Positions 35,050-45,334 of a stretch of DNA of 51,115 nucleotides are shown piece by piece. Every line of letters begins with the position of its first letter. Position 1 is the stretch's first letter. The stretch spans positions 1 through 51,115 of the forward strand of contig JBKHIT010000034.1 in NCBI GenBank assembly GCA_046538485.1. Reading direction: 5' to 3'. This stretch comes from Candidatus Brocadiia bacterium. Lineage in GTDB: Bacteria; Planctomycetota; Brocadiia; SM23-32. The translations under genes were made by a program, and so were the position numbers. The notes under the pieces are model-generated. The model saw only the letters and a list, made by a program, of their open reading frames with translations. It did not search any database and was not told the origin of the DNA.

Positions 35050-36411
35050 ATGTCTGATGGAGAGAACTGGGGTCATGTCGACCTGAACCATGTGCCAGAA
35101 ATTAAAGTCGAGCCCCCGGGACCAAAATCGCAGGAGTGGGGCGACCGCTGCACAAAGTACTTCAAAGGGCTGAGCAGCCAGGTGAAACTTTTCCCGGTGA
35201 CATTTGAATCGGGCAAAGGTTGTGTGCTTGAGGACGTTGACGGGAACCGGTACATCGATTTTTCTTCCGGGATTTACGTGACGACCCTCGGACACTGCCA
35301 TCCGAAGGTAACGGAAGCGTTGCAGAAAGCAGCCGGGAATCTGCAGAATTGTCACGATTTCCCCACGCGACAGAAAACGTATCTGGTGGAGAAACTGGCC
35401 GACGTCCTGCCGGGGGATCTGGCCGGGTTTCAATTCTACGACAGCGGCACCACGGCCGTTGAGGCCGGAGAACGGGTGATGCGGGCGGCCTCGGGACAAC
35501 ATGAGCTGATCTCGTGTTTCTACGACTTTCACGGAAAAACATACGGGGGAGTTTCCCTCGGGCAGATTCGTTCTTCGGTGTATGGCCCGACGCGCGCACC
35601 CGGCTTCCACATGGTACCGCGGCCGAATCCTTACCGGCCCCACTGGACAAAACTGGATGGGTCAATCGATACTGATCGCTATATTGAATTCTACGCGGAG
35701 TATCTGGATCGAGGCACGGCGCATCAGGTGGCCGGGTTTGTGCTCGAACCAATCCAGGGGTGGGGAGGGTCGGTCATGCCCCCGGATGACTTTTTCCCGA
35801 AGCTCAAAAAATTGTGCGATGATGAAGGTATACTTCTCATGACGGACGAAGTGCTGACCGGTTGGGGACGGACGGGGAAGTGGCTCTGTACCGAACACTG
35901 GGACGTCGTGCCGGATGTTGTATCGATCGGGAAAGGTTTTGGGAACGGGTTCCCCGTTACCTGCGTTGCGGTAAGGGAGAAACACAAGGAATCATTCGAA
36001 GACATATCGGCATCGAGCAGTTACGGAGGCAATCCGATGGCCTGCGCGACAGCGCTGGCCTGTATCGAAGTCATCGAAGAGGAAAATCTCCTCAAACGGT
36101 CACAGCACCTGGGCGAGCTGGCGCAGGAACGGATGGAGAAGATGAAAAAGGAACATTCAATCGTCGGCGATGTGCGCGCGAAAGGTTGCCTGATGGGCAT
36201 TGAGCTCGTCCGGGATACTGAAACCAAAGAACCTTTCGATGAAGCCGGCAAATTCGTCTATCAGACTGCGTTCCGCAAAGGACTTGCCTGGATTCCGGCC
36301 GGCCATATCCTGCGAATGAGCCCGCCGATCGTAATGAAGGATGACGCGTTGCTGCGCGGGCTGGATATCATCGACGAATCGATCGGCGAAGCGGAGAAAG
36401 AGCTGACATAA
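35050..36411 (+). CDS. Class III PLP aminotransferase
   Basis: DVDGNRYIDF, LGHCHP, FHGKT, EPIQG, DEVLTGWGRTG, SIGKG, GGNP. Confidence 0.93.
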   Translation: MSDGENWGHVDLNHVPEIKVEPPGPKSQEWGDRCTKYFKGLSSQVKLFPVTFESGKGCVLEDVDGNRYIDFSSGIYVTTLGHCHPKVTEALQKAAGNLQNCHDFPTRQKTYLVEKLADVLPGDLAGFQFYDSGTTAVEAGERVMRAASGQHELISCFYDFHGKTYGGVSLGQIRSSVYGPTRAPGFHMVPRPNPYRPHWTKLDGSIDTDRYIEFYAEYLDRGTAHQVAGFVLEPIQGWGGSVMPPDDFFPKLKKLCDDEGILLMTDEVLTGWGRTGKWLCTEHWDVVPDVVSIGKGFGNGFPVTCVAVREKHKESFEDISASSSYGGNPMACATALACIEVIEEENLLKRSQHLGELAQERMEKMKKEHSIVGDVRAKGCLMGIELVRDTETKEPFDEAGKFVYQTAFRKGLAWIPAGHILRMSPPIVMKDDALLRGLDIIDESIGEAEKELT

Positions 36412-36470
36412 AACGTTTGCGTTTCTGTCCATTGGGAATCATTGATGGAGGGTGCGCTGGCCGTTTTGTT

Positions 36471-36568
36471 GGCCCAACAGCGAGATTGCTGCGACGCTCC
36501 GCTGAGCGCAACGCTTCGCAATGACATATGAATCTGAATGGGTGAGTGTAACGCACGCTCAACGTGTA
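36471..36568 (+). repeat. GAGATTGC...CGCAATGAC family repeat
   Basis: Aligns by eye over about 90 bp with 46210-46290 and the reverse complement of 18210-18305. Confidence 0.7.
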
Positions 36569-36592
36569 TGTGAACGCAACGAACGCGGGGAA

Positions 36593-37278
36593 ACGTGACG
36601 TATCGAAGATATGGGAGTCCCGAAAGGCCGGTGTAGAGAGACAGATATTGAACGCAACACGGAAAACAAACGCGCAAATGTATTCGTTTCCGAAATTTCT
36701 GCGCCACCCCTTCGGGGTTTGGAAATTGTGTGGCGTTCCCGAGTCCTGGGGCTTGCCCGAACAACGGGCGCGCCCCAGGCTATGTCTGCGATCGACCCTT
36801 TTAAGGGGCTCAAATCAACATCAGCAAGCCCACGAAGTGCCCGATGCAAAGTTAGCCTGCTGTGTAGTGAACCGCGGGAAACGAAGCCCGCGAAGTGCGC
36901 GATGCAAGGTTAGCCCGGCGTTTGGTGGACCGTGTGGAACGCAGCCCACGAAGTGGGCGGTGCAGGGTTAGCCCGGTGCGCAGTCGCGCCGGTTTCGGCG
37001 CGCAAGCTCCGGGGAAGAAGGATGTCACAACATAAAAGCCCCCGAAGGGGGCGACGCAGAGCTAAGCGGTGTTGAATAACTAACCTGAGGATAGAGAATA
37101 GCCGTACGATGTTTTCTATTGCGGCCTGAAAGGCTAATTTATGTTAGGCTCTGTCTGGCTTGGGCTGAAGTGGTCTGAAAGACCATGGAGACCTGGGTTA
37201 CGGAGAAGCGCATCATATTGCGGGCTGAAGGCCTGCCTCGATTTGCTGTTTTTGGAAAACGGGTTTGATTATCAAACC
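36593..37278 (+). repeat. Composite REP/BIME-like element, copy 1 (internal 58-bp triplication and nested REP)
   Basis: 36647-37102 closely matches 42840-43185; arms TCTGCGCCACCCCTTCGGGGTTT and AAAGCCCCCGAAGGGGGCGACGCAGA. Confidence 0.85.
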
Positions 37279-37506
37279 TGATGAAACTCTCCGCAAATGG
37301 GCGGAGAACCGTTTGTGCTCGGGGTGGCCGATCAGGCCTCCCCGGCGGTGAGCTTGACACAGTCAGAAAAATCGGGGAACTATGTCGGTAGTTTGTCTCC
37401 AAATCGAAGGAGCTTCACCGACGCTGAAGCGAAATTTCAGTGCGTTTGTGAGGGTTGTCGCATGATCGACAAGAACGACAACTCTCTGAAACGCAGGATC
37501 CGGTGA

Positions 37507-38007
37507 ATGGAGCCGGCAATGGACGAGTTAGAAAAAGGTCTCGGGATCTCAGTGGATGGGACGCTGAAAAGGGATGCGCTACAGCGTTTCCGCGAGCAGA
37601 TCGATCGCTGGGATATTCCCATGCCACCGGTCGAACCACTGGTCCTTGATTTCGGACTCGGTGAGTTCCGGGATACTGGACTCATTGAATACTGGATCGC
37701 CAACGAGACCGAAGCCGGGTATTGCGGGAAATATCTGTTCGTCTTCGATGGCCAGACGTGCCCCATGCATCGACACAAATACAAACGCGAGACGTTTTTC
37801 GTCGTGAAAGGCCGTGTCCGTATCGACCTCGACGGAAACGAACGTGAACTGGAGGCTGGCGAAATTATGACTGTTCACGAGGCGCAGAAACACAGTTTCA
37901 CCGGAATCGGCCCGTGTCTGCTGCTTGAGCTTTCCGAACCGTGTGTGATTGACGATAATTATTTCGAGGACCAACGGATACCCATCGGAGGAGACTGGAA
38001 TGCTTAA
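37507..38007 (+). CDS. D-lyxose/D-mannose ketol-isomerase family cupin
   Basis: DFGLGEF..GL, YCGKYL, GQTCPMHRH..KRETF, HSF, ELS, DNYF.D. Confidence 0.85.
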   Translation: MEPAMDELEKGLGISVDGTLKRDALQRFREQIDRWDIPMPPVEPLVLDFGLGEFRDTGLIEYWIANETEAGYCGKYLFVFDGQTCPMHRHKYKRETFFVVKGRVRIDLDGNERELEAGEIMTVHEAQKHSFTGIGPCLLLELSEPCVIDDNYFEDQRIPIGGDWNA

Positions 38008-39325
38008 GGCAGGGACGGGAAAAGTCGATGTCTCTCCAGAAAAACCCCTTTTTCTCGTGGGTTATCCGCACGTGGAGAGAACGTCTGAAGGCATTCATGA
38101 CCCGCTTTTTGCGACGGCTATCTACTTCGGTCAGGGAGACAAAGGCATCTTATGCGTCAGTGTCGATGTCCTTTACGTTTCACATAAAATGGTGAAAAAA
38201 TGCCGGAAACGCCTCGAGGCCGAGACTGATCTTCAAGCACAAAATATAATGATCAGCGCCACCCACACGCATTCCGGGCCTGTCACTTGCGATGTGCTGG
38301 CCTGGCGGGACGACCCCGTGGTTCCCGAACCCGATCCCGAGTATCTGGAAGTTATGGCCGATGGCGTTGTGGAAGCCGGACGCCGGGCCGTTGCGGACGC
38401 AAGACCGGCGGAACTGGCAGTGACCAGCGCCGACATTGATGGCGTCGGATGCAATCGACTTGATCCGGAGGGCACACGCGATCCCGAAGCCGGGCTGATT
38501 GTTGTACGTGATACGACGCACAAATCCATTTTCGGTGTCCAGGTTTTCTACTCCATGCACCCGACGGTTCTGCATGAGGATACAAAACTCGTATCCTCCG
38601 ATTTCCCGGGATTTGCCCGTGAAACTATCGAAGCCTGGTTTCCGAAAGCAAGTGTTATCTATCACACCGGACCTTGCGGGAATCTCAGCACCCGCTACCA
38701 CGTTCGAGAACAGACGTTTGCGGAAGCTGAACGTCTGGGGACGCGCCTCGGACAGCAAATATGCTCGGCTCTTGGTTCACTGCAGGAAGGCGATTACACG
38801 GATGAATTGGCCCTGGAGAGTGCGGTCGGAGAGGCTCACCTGCCGCCCAAAAAATTTCCATCGGTAGCCGATGCGGAGAAACACCTGAAAGATGTGCGCG
38901 CAAAGTTCGAGCGACTCAAACGGGAAGACGCTGAACGTGGTAAGGTCAGGACGGCGGAGTGCGAGGTCTTCGGCGCCGAGGAACGGCTGACTATGGCCCG
39001 GGCACAGGAATCCGGAGAACTGAGAAAAATTCAGGAGGTGTATGGCCGGGCCGAAGTGCAGGTCTTTCGAATAGGAGATACAGCAGTTGTCGGGTTCCCG
39101 GGAGAATGTTTCGTTGAATACGCGCTCGAGGTGAAAAGTGAAGCTCCATGCCGCGTTTTTGTTGCCAGTCTGGCCAATGGTGAACTTCAGGGGTATATTA
39201 CGACACCCGGCGCAAGCGGATATGAGGCCGACCTGAGCCTGTTCAAGCCGAAAGCAGGAGCGAAGATGGTCGAAAAAGCACTGGATTTACTGGAAGATGC
39301 CTGTGGCGAAGGGGATACGGTGTGA
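38000..39325 (+). CDS. Neutral/alkaline ceramidase-like metallo-amidase
   Basis: HDPL, ISATHTHSGP, NR, HPT, SSDFPG, G.CGN, PGE.FVE, GY. Confidence 0.85.
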   Translation: MLKAGTGKVDVSPEKPLFLVGYPHVERTSEGIHDPLFATAIYFGQGDKGILCVSVDVLYVSHKMVKKCRKRLEAETDLQAQNIMISATHTHSGPVTCDVLAWRDDPVVPEPDPEYLEVMADGVVEAGRRAVADARPAELAVTSADIDGVGCNRLDPEGTRDPEAGLIVVRDTTHKSIFGVQVFYSMHPTVLHEDTKLVSSDFPGFARETIEAWFPKASVIYHTGPCGNLSTRYHVREQTFAEAERLGTRLGQQICSALGSLQEGDYTDELALESAVGEAHLPPKKFPSVADAEKHLKDVRAKFERLKREDAERGKVRTAECEVFGAEERLTMARAQESGELRKIQEVYGRAEVQVFRIGDTAVVGFPGECFVEYALEVKSEAPCRVFVASLANGELQGYITTPGASGYEADLSLFKPKAGAKMVEKALDLLEDACGEGDTV

Positions 39326-40332
39326 CAAAAAACGAAATTATGCAAGATGTTTGCGCTCAAGAGGGCCTGATCGACGTTCACACGCACGTGGGCATCGACC
39401 CGGTATCGTTTCTCAACGGAGATTTTCCCTATGCACTTTCGGCCGAAGATCTGGTCTTTCGGATGGATGCGCAGAACATCGATTATGCGGTTTGTTTCCC
39501 GTTTATTTACACGTCTTATTTCCAACTCCACTCATTTGCGAACGGTGAGTTCGAACACGATCCCGAAAACCCGAGTTCTTTCCCGTATGAAGTTGAAAAC
39601 CGGAGATTGTGCCGTGAGATTTATGACGCGTTCCCGCAATTTGCTGGTCGTGTTTTGCCATTTCTTTTTTTTGATCCCGGACGGCAAACCGAAGCTCAGG
39701 TCTCTTTGCTGAACGATTTGTGTCAGGAGTATCCGCTTTTTGGTCTGAAAACGGCGACGAGTTACCTGCAATCACATATCAGCGAGCTGAACAACGAAGG
39801 GAGTTGCCTGTTGGATCTGGCAGCGGAACGGAATCTGCCGATGACGATCCACAGCGCCGTTATGCCCGGAGATCCGTGGGCAAATGTGTTTGAAATTCTT
39901 GATGTGGTGAAGTCACATCCCGAAGTGCGTTTTAGTGTCGCTCATACGTGCCGGTTTGATCGAAGTGCGCTCGAAACAGCGGCGGGGCTGAGGAATTGCT
40001 ACGTAGATTTTTCGGCTTTCCACATCCATTGTAAACTGGCCGAACAGAATCATCCGGCTGTTGCCGTGGAAGAAGAACGGTTCCCGACGGATTATCGCGA
40101 GCATGCCGTTGCTATGCAGCAAATTGCAGAAGCATATCCGGATACGATGATGTGGGGTACCGATACCCCCGCCTATTATTTCATCAGCCGCTTCTTCAAC
40201 GATAAAGGCAAAGAAATCGAGATGAGTCTGCCTTGCGCCCCGTGGACCGAGATACGGGAGTTTCGCAAGCTTCCAGAGGACTTGAGACGAAAGATCGCTT
40301 ATGAAAATACGATCCGGTTTCTGTTCGGATAA
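39322..40332 (+). CDS. Amidohydrolase family protein
   Basis: IDVHTH, TIHS, VAH, WGTD, ENT.RF. Confidence 0.85.
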   Translation: MTKNEIMQDVCAQEGLIDVHTHVGIDPVSFLNGDFPYALSAEDLVFRMDAQNIDYAVCFPFIYTSYFQLHSFANGEFEHDPENPSSFPYEVENRRLCREIYDAFPQFAGRVLPFLFFDPGRQTEAQVSLLNDLCQEYPLFGLKTATSYLQSHISELNNEGSCLLDLAAERNLPMTIHSAVMPGDPWANVFEILDVVKSHPEVRFSVAHTCRFDRSALETAAGLRNCYVDFSAFHIHCKLAEQNHPAVAVEEERFPTDYREHAVAMQQIAEAYPDTMMWGTDTPAYYFISRFFNDKGKEIEMSLPCAPWTEIREFRKLPEDLRRKIAYENTIRFLFG

Positions 40333-40410
40333 ATAATTCCCGATGATATTTGATTGTCGGTTGGCGGCGGGTACGATCTTGAGAAGCGTATAAAAAGGAG
40401 AGTATTGGAA

Positions 40411-41343
40411 ATGACAGATTTCACTTTCGAGCCGGCTGAATGTGTGCCGTTCCGGGATCTCGCGGTTGTGAGGCGCGTTCGAAAAATAAAATCGTCGGAG
40501 ATTTCGGATCACCCAAATCCCGATTTCAAGATATCCGTCATGTCCGGGGCTGAAATTGAGTTCCGATGGATGATGGATATGTTCGAACGGATAAAAACCG
40601 CGTCGGAAAATGGCGAGAAGTGTGTGCTGATCACGCCTCAGCCGTGGGCAAATTACCGTCGTCTGGCCCATATGCTGAACAGGTTCAAAATCGATTGCCA
40701 CAATCTGTACACGTTCAACATGGACGAATACGCGAACCAAGACGGCGATATTGCCCCGGAAACCTGGCCCCACAGTTTCATGTACTCGATGAAAAAATAT
40801 TTCTACGCCGAACTGGATCCGGAAATACGACCTCCGGAAGACCAGATTCAGGGACCGACCAACAATAATATCGATGACTACGGTCAGATGATCTCAGATG
40901 TGGGGGGAGCCGATTGTTGTTACAGCGGGCCGGGATGGACGGGACATCTGGCATTTATTGAACCTGACGCGCCGGAGTTCGACGCCCCTCTGGAAGAGTG
41001 GAAGCAGATGGGACCACGCATCTGTACGCTCAGCCCGTTTACCATTGCTCAGAACTCACTTCACGGGAGTTTCGGAATGAGCGGCGATTTGTGCGCTGTG
41101 CCACCGAAGGCGGCTACCATCGGCCCGGCTCAGGTGATCGAAGCCAAACATCGCATTTCGCTTCATGCCATTACGGTTGACGGGTCATTCGCGTCCTGGC
41201 AGCGGATGGCTAGTCGCCTGGCTTTGCATGGGCCCGTAACCCCTAAAATACCGGAATCGATTCTCCAGACACTCAGAGCGGACGTGTGGGTGTCCGAAAA
41301 AGTTGCCGCTGACATCGAGCCTCACTGGGAAAAAGGGTACTGA
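40411..41343 (+). CDS. Glucosamine-6-phosphate deaminase/isomerase (NagB-like) family protein
   Basis: TFNMDEY, GG.D, GPGWTGHLAFIEP, VPPKAATIG, GPVT..IP.S.LQ; AAGGAG RBS. Confidence 0.8.
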   Translation: MTDFTFEPAECVPFRDLAVVRRVRKIKSSEISDHPNPDFKISVMSGAEIEFRWMMDMFERIKTASENGEKCVLITPQPWANYRRLAHMLNRFKIDCHNLYTFNMDEYANQDGDIAPETWPHSFMYSMKKYFYAELDPEIRPPEDQIQGPTNNNIDDYGQMISDVGGADCCYSGPGWTGHLAFIEPDAPEFDAPLEEWKQMGPRICTLSPFTIAQNSLHGSFGMSGDLCAVPPKAATIGPAQVIEAKHRISLHAITVDGSFASWQRMASRLALHGPVTPKIPESILQTLRADVWVSEKVAADIEPHWEKGY

Positions 41344-41353
41344 ACCGAAACAC

Positions 41354-42745
41354 ATGGCAAACACTCGAAACAGACAGGTCGATGTACCGTGTATTCTCGC
41401 CATCGATTGCGGTTCGACTTCATTCAAAGCAGCCCTCTTTTCGAGAAACCTGGATCGCATGGGCGAATATTCGCTGAAAGTCCCGTATATCCGGAACGAT
41501 GGGACATTTTGTGAGATGGATCCAATTGCTGTGCGAAAAGTAACGGAGGATTTGGTTCGCGGCATATCCGAGACGACGGGAATCCACGCAGATAAAGCCG
41601 GCAAAATCGCTATCACGAGTCAGGCGCAGACGTTTACGATTGTCGATGCTAACGGCAAAACGCCTATACCTCTGATAAGCTGGATTGATACGCGAGCGAA
41701 GGCGGAATCCGAAGAACTCGTTGAACGAATCGGACAGGATTTCCATACGCACTGCAGTTTCCCGAATCCTATTCCGCAGCTCACACTGACGAAGTTGTTG
41801 TGGTGCAAGAAACATAAACCGGACGTTCTAAATCCCGCGAACCGTATTCTCACGCTACCATCGTTTGTCGGCCGTTCGTTCGCGGAAAGCACTCACGCAA
41901 TTGACCGCAACATCGGGGCAATGGGTGGGCTGTATTCGTTGAGGGAAGGTGGGTGGCGGGGAGATGCAACAAGTATCTGTGGCGTTGAAAGAAATATGCT
42001 CGAAGAACTGGTGGATACGGGGCAAGGGCTCGCGATGCCCGACGGCCGGGAAATTGTGTTCGCCGGAAACGATCAAACGGCCGGGGCGTGGGGAAACGGA
42101 TGCACGGCCGACACGGTCGTGGTAACCCTTGGGACAGCACTTGTGGCGTACCGATATGCGGGCGAGGAACCAGGACCGTACAGCGAAGAATGTTGCTGGG
42201 GACCGTATCCGGGGGGAGGATATTATGAACTCGCGACGCGCGACGAGGGATGCCTGGCACTGGATTGGGCACGCGATGAGATCATGCCGGACCAGAATAT
42301 CAAAGACTTCGACCGCGCTGCTCGCAAAACAATTCCGCGCGTCGATGAACAATCCGGTTTCTTCTTCCCCAATCGAATGCGAACAGCCGATGCATGGAAG
42401 GGGAGGTTTGAGAAACCGGATCAAAATGCTTACGCCGTGCTGGAAGGAATCTCGTTCAGCTTGAAACAACTTCTTTTCGAAGAGATGCGCTGTGCCAGAA
42501 ACACTCGCTTCAAAGCCATCGGTGGGGGAAGCCAGAGCGACCTTTGGATGCAAATGACGGCTGACGTTCTTGGAAGTCCGGTGACAAGAGGAAACGGGGA
42601 TAGTCTCCTCGGGGCGGCAATGATGGCAATAGGCCGGAGGGTGGATCTGAGGGATGGAGGATGTTTCCAGCCGAACCAGAAACGACAAAATTTGTTTGAG
42701 AGACGATACGATCGCTGGAGAAAACTGGCGACGGAGGGTGGATAA
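41354..42745 (+). CDS. FGGY-family carbohydrate kinase
   Basis: AIDCGSTSFKA, TSQ, SWIDTRA, GNDQ, TLGT, AVLEGI, GGGSQS..W.Q..ADV, LGAA. Confidence 0.9.
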   Translation: MANTRNRQVDVPCILAIDCGSTSFKAALFSRNLDRMGEYSLKVPYIRNDGTFCEMDPIAVRKVTEDLVRGISETTGIHADKAGKIAITSQAQTFTIVDANGKTPIPLISWIDTRAKAESEELVERIGQDFHTHCSFPNPIPQLTLTKLLWCKKHKPDVLNPANRILTLPSFVGRSFAESTHAIDRNIGAMGGLYSLREGGWRGDATSICGVERNMLEELVDTGQGLAMPDGREIVFAGNDQTAGAWGNGCTADTVVVTLGTALVAYRYAGEEPGPYSEECCWGPYPGGGYYELATRDEGCLALDWARDEIMPDQNIKDFDRAARKTIPRVDEQSGFFFPNRMRTADAWKGRFEKPDQNAYAVLEGISFSLKQLLFEEMRCARNTRFKAIGGGSQSDLWMQMTADVLGSPVTRGNGDSLLGAAMMAIGRRVDLRDGGCFQPNQKRQNLFERRYDRWRKLATEGG

Positions 42746-42786
42746 AGCTTGATAATCTGGATGGCCGGACGTGCCAATCTGTCATT

Positions 42787-43217
42787 ACGTACCCATCGCA
42801 AATACGAGAATCGCAAAAGGTCGATGCTGAAAAACACACATTAAACGCGACACGGAAACAAACGCGCGAACGTATTCGTCTCCGAAACTTCTGCGCTACC
42901 CCTTCGGGGTTTGGAAATTATGTGGCGTTCCCGAGTTCTGGGGCTTGCCCGAACAACGGGCGCGCCCCAGGCTATGTCTGCGATCGTCCGTTTTTCAGGG
43001 ACTCAAATCAACATAAGCAAGCCCACGAAGTGGGCGGTGCAGAGATAGCCCGGTGCGCGTCGCGCCGTCTTCTGGCGCGCAAGCTCCGGGGCAGATCGGT
43101 GCCCACAATATAAAAGCCCCCAAAGGGGGCGACGCAGAGTTAAGCGAAGCGGTGTCGAATAAGTAACCTGAGGATTGAGAATAGCTTTTCTTGGGCAACG
43201 GGTTTGGTCATCAAACC
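42787..43217 (+). repeat. Composite REP/BIME-like element, copy 2
   Basis: Matches 36593-37278 without the triplication and the nested REP. Confidence 0.85.
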
Positions 43218-43349
43218 CCGGCATATTTATTGCAGACCGCCTGGTGAGTCGGGAGGAAGCCCAGCTGCACCAGTACCGCCGTGTCCGGCGAATGCAGGGC
43301 GGAAACTCCTGGAAATCCCATAATTCAGAGATGAGTGAGAAAGAGAAAA

Positions 43350-44324
43350 ATGACAGAAAAATGCGAACCGCTTATCGATCGCGCTGAAATCCGTCTGGCG
43401 ATGCTCGGATGCACGCCGGGCAACGGACATCCGTATTCCTGGAGCGCCATGTTCAATGGCTATGAGCGGGAATGCATGATCGAGGAATGTCCCTTTGCAA
43501 CGATCCCCGATTACCTTGAAAAAGAACCGAAAGAAACTCTGACCATTCCGAATGCGAAAGTGACTCACGTCTGTTGTACGGGCGACGGCGGATTTACGGC
43601 CGAGCACGTGGCAAAATGCTGCCGCATACCGAACGTTGTGAAAGACCCGACGGATGTCATCGGTGCTGTTGATGCTGTGATTATCGCCACCGATATTGGC
43701 TCCGAACACGTTGAGCGGGCCCGACCGTTTGTGGAAGCCGGTGTGCCTCTTTTTCTCGATAAACCCATGGTGGATAACGCGGAAGATCTCGCCGTTTTCA
43801 ATGAATGGATTCGGCAGGGATATCCCATACTGAGTTCCAGTTCAATGCGTTATGCCAAAGAATTCGCGCCATACAGGCTCAGCACGCATAATCTGGGGAA
43901 ACTCCGGTACGTTACCATCACCACCGGCAAAAAATGGTCGACGTATGGCATACACGCGCTGGAGTCGATCTTCCCGATTACCGGCCCGGGTTACCTTTCG
44001 GCGCGAAACACCGGGACCTACGAACGAAACGTGGTTCATTTCAAGCACGAGCGTGGAATCGACGCGGTGGTCGTCGCCAGCAAGGATATGCTCCGTAGTT
44101 TCGGTGTTCTCACGATCTGCGGCACGGACGGATTCGACCAGCTGGCAATCAAAGACGCGTTCTATTCGTTCAAAACACAACTCGAGACGTTCGTGACGTA
44201 TCTGAGAACGGGAAAACGACCTTTCCCATACCAGGAGACTGAAGAACTGATGCGGATGGTCATCGCCGGCATTCAGAGCCGTGAGAAGGATGGCCGGGAG
44301 ATTGAGCTCACTGATGTATTGTAG
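43350..44324 (+). CDS. Gfo/Idh/MocA family oxidoreductase
   Basis: GNGHPYSWS, VDAVII, H, FLDKPM, SSSSMRYA, YGIHALE. Confidence 0.85.
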   Translation: MTEKCEPLIDRAEIRLAMLGCTPGNGHPYSWSAMFNGYERECMIEECPFATIPDYLEKEPKETLTIPNAKVTHVCCTGDGGFTAEHVAKCCRIPNVVKDPTDVIGAVDAVIIATDIGSEHVERARPFVEAGVPLFLDKPMVDNAEDLAVFNEWIRQGYPILSSSSMRYAKEFAPYRLSTHNLGKLRYVTITTGKKWSTYGIHALESIFPITGPGYLSARNTGTYERNVVHFKHERGIDAVVVASKDMLRSFGVLTICGTDGFDQLAIKDAFYSFKTQLETFVTYLRTGKRPFPYQETEELMRMVIAGIQSREKDGREIELTDVL

Positions 44325-44392
44325 AATCCAAAAAAACTTTGGCTTGAGCCGACTGCCAAAGATTAGCTATATTTTGAAACAAGAGGAAAAGC

Positions 44393-44833
44393 GTGCGATA
44401 CCGTGACAGCGGTGAAGTTCATATGGACTTCCACCGGACATTGAATGGGACGATCAAATATCTCCGGGAGAATTATGGGATTGAGTTTCTGGACCAGACC
44501 TTCCGCCGAACGGCCCGTAGCGTCTACCGTTCGATCTGGGAAGATCTTCAACGAGGTGATCCGGAGCAACTCGTTGAGCACTGGCAGCATTATTTCGAAC
44601 GCGAGGGCGGTGAGATCGAAATCGAGCGCGCCGGAAAAGAAATCACCATGCATGTTAAAAAATGTCCGGCGATTGCGTATTTGAAAAGTTGGGGAATCAA
44701 ACCGGATCCCGCTTTCTGTCGACAGACGGCTGTTATGAATGACGCATGGTCTGAAAATACGCCGTTTGAGATTATGACTGAAGTAACAGGCGAGGGCGAA
44801 TGCACCCAGACCATCCGGAGGTGTGAAAAATGA
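44393..44833 (+). CDS. Small Cys-containing protein, V4R/ATC-hydrolase-like fold (paralog 1)
   Basis: DFH..YLRENYG..L, VKKCPA, FCRQT, GECTQ. Confidence 0.6.
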   Translation: MRYRDSGEVHMDFHRTLNGTIKYLRENYGIEFLDQTFRRTARSVYRSIWEDLQRGDPEQLVEHWQHYFEREGGEIEIERAGKEITMHVKKCPAIAYLKSWGIKPDPAFCRQTAVMNDAWSENTPFEIMTEVTGEGECTQTIRRCEK

Positions 44834-45321
44834 TACCCAGCGACCATTTCGTGCGTTATTACAATGAGGTCTTTAAAGCTCTGGATGGACTTGGTCGTTC
44901 AAATCTGGTGCAATACTGGCATGAGCTGGGAAAAATACAAATCCGCGAACTGGGTGAGCAATTTCGACAGGGCGGACTGGAAGCGGCCGACAAGTACTGG
45001 AGCCGGATCAAAGAGGAAGAAAACTGCGTGGGAGAATTGATTCTCACCGAAGATTATTTCGAATTCCGCATGGATAGATGTCCGAGTCTCTCGAAGGTTC
45101 TCGACAATGATGCGGAACCGTGCGAACTTTACTGCGACCACTGCATGGGCTGGATCAAACCTTTGATGGATGAAGCTGGCTTGTTCGCCGTCTGTGACAT
45201 GGTTTCGCGTTCCGAACCGCGTTGTGTCTTTCGGGTTTACAAAGACAGTGAAAAAGCGGACGCGTTTCTTGCGAGGGCACGTTTGCCCGGGCGCCCTTAC
45301 GCCGAACACGGAAATGAATGA
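44830..45321 (+). CDS. Small Cys-containing protein, V4R/ATC-hydrolase-like fold (paralog 2)
   Basis: YW, MDRCPSL, YCDHC.GW, PRCVF; ATGA overlap with paralog 1. Confidence 0.65.
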   Translation: MIPSDHFVRYYNEVFKALDGLGRSNLVQYWHELGKIQIRELGEQFRQGGLEAADKYWSRIKEEENCVGELILTEDYFEFRMDRCPSLSKVLDNDAEPCELYCDHCMGWIKPLMDEAGLFAVCDMVSRSEPRCVFRVYKDSEKADAFLARARLPGRPYAEHGNE

Positions 45322-45334
45322 ACGGAGAAATGCC

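Noticed and set aside
36826..36973. CRISPR-like array of three 32-bp repeats with 26-bp spacers
   Set aside because: Repeats are degenerate, the two spacers resemble each other, the unit is single-copy in the sister element at 43019, and no cas genes are present; it is a tandem expansion.
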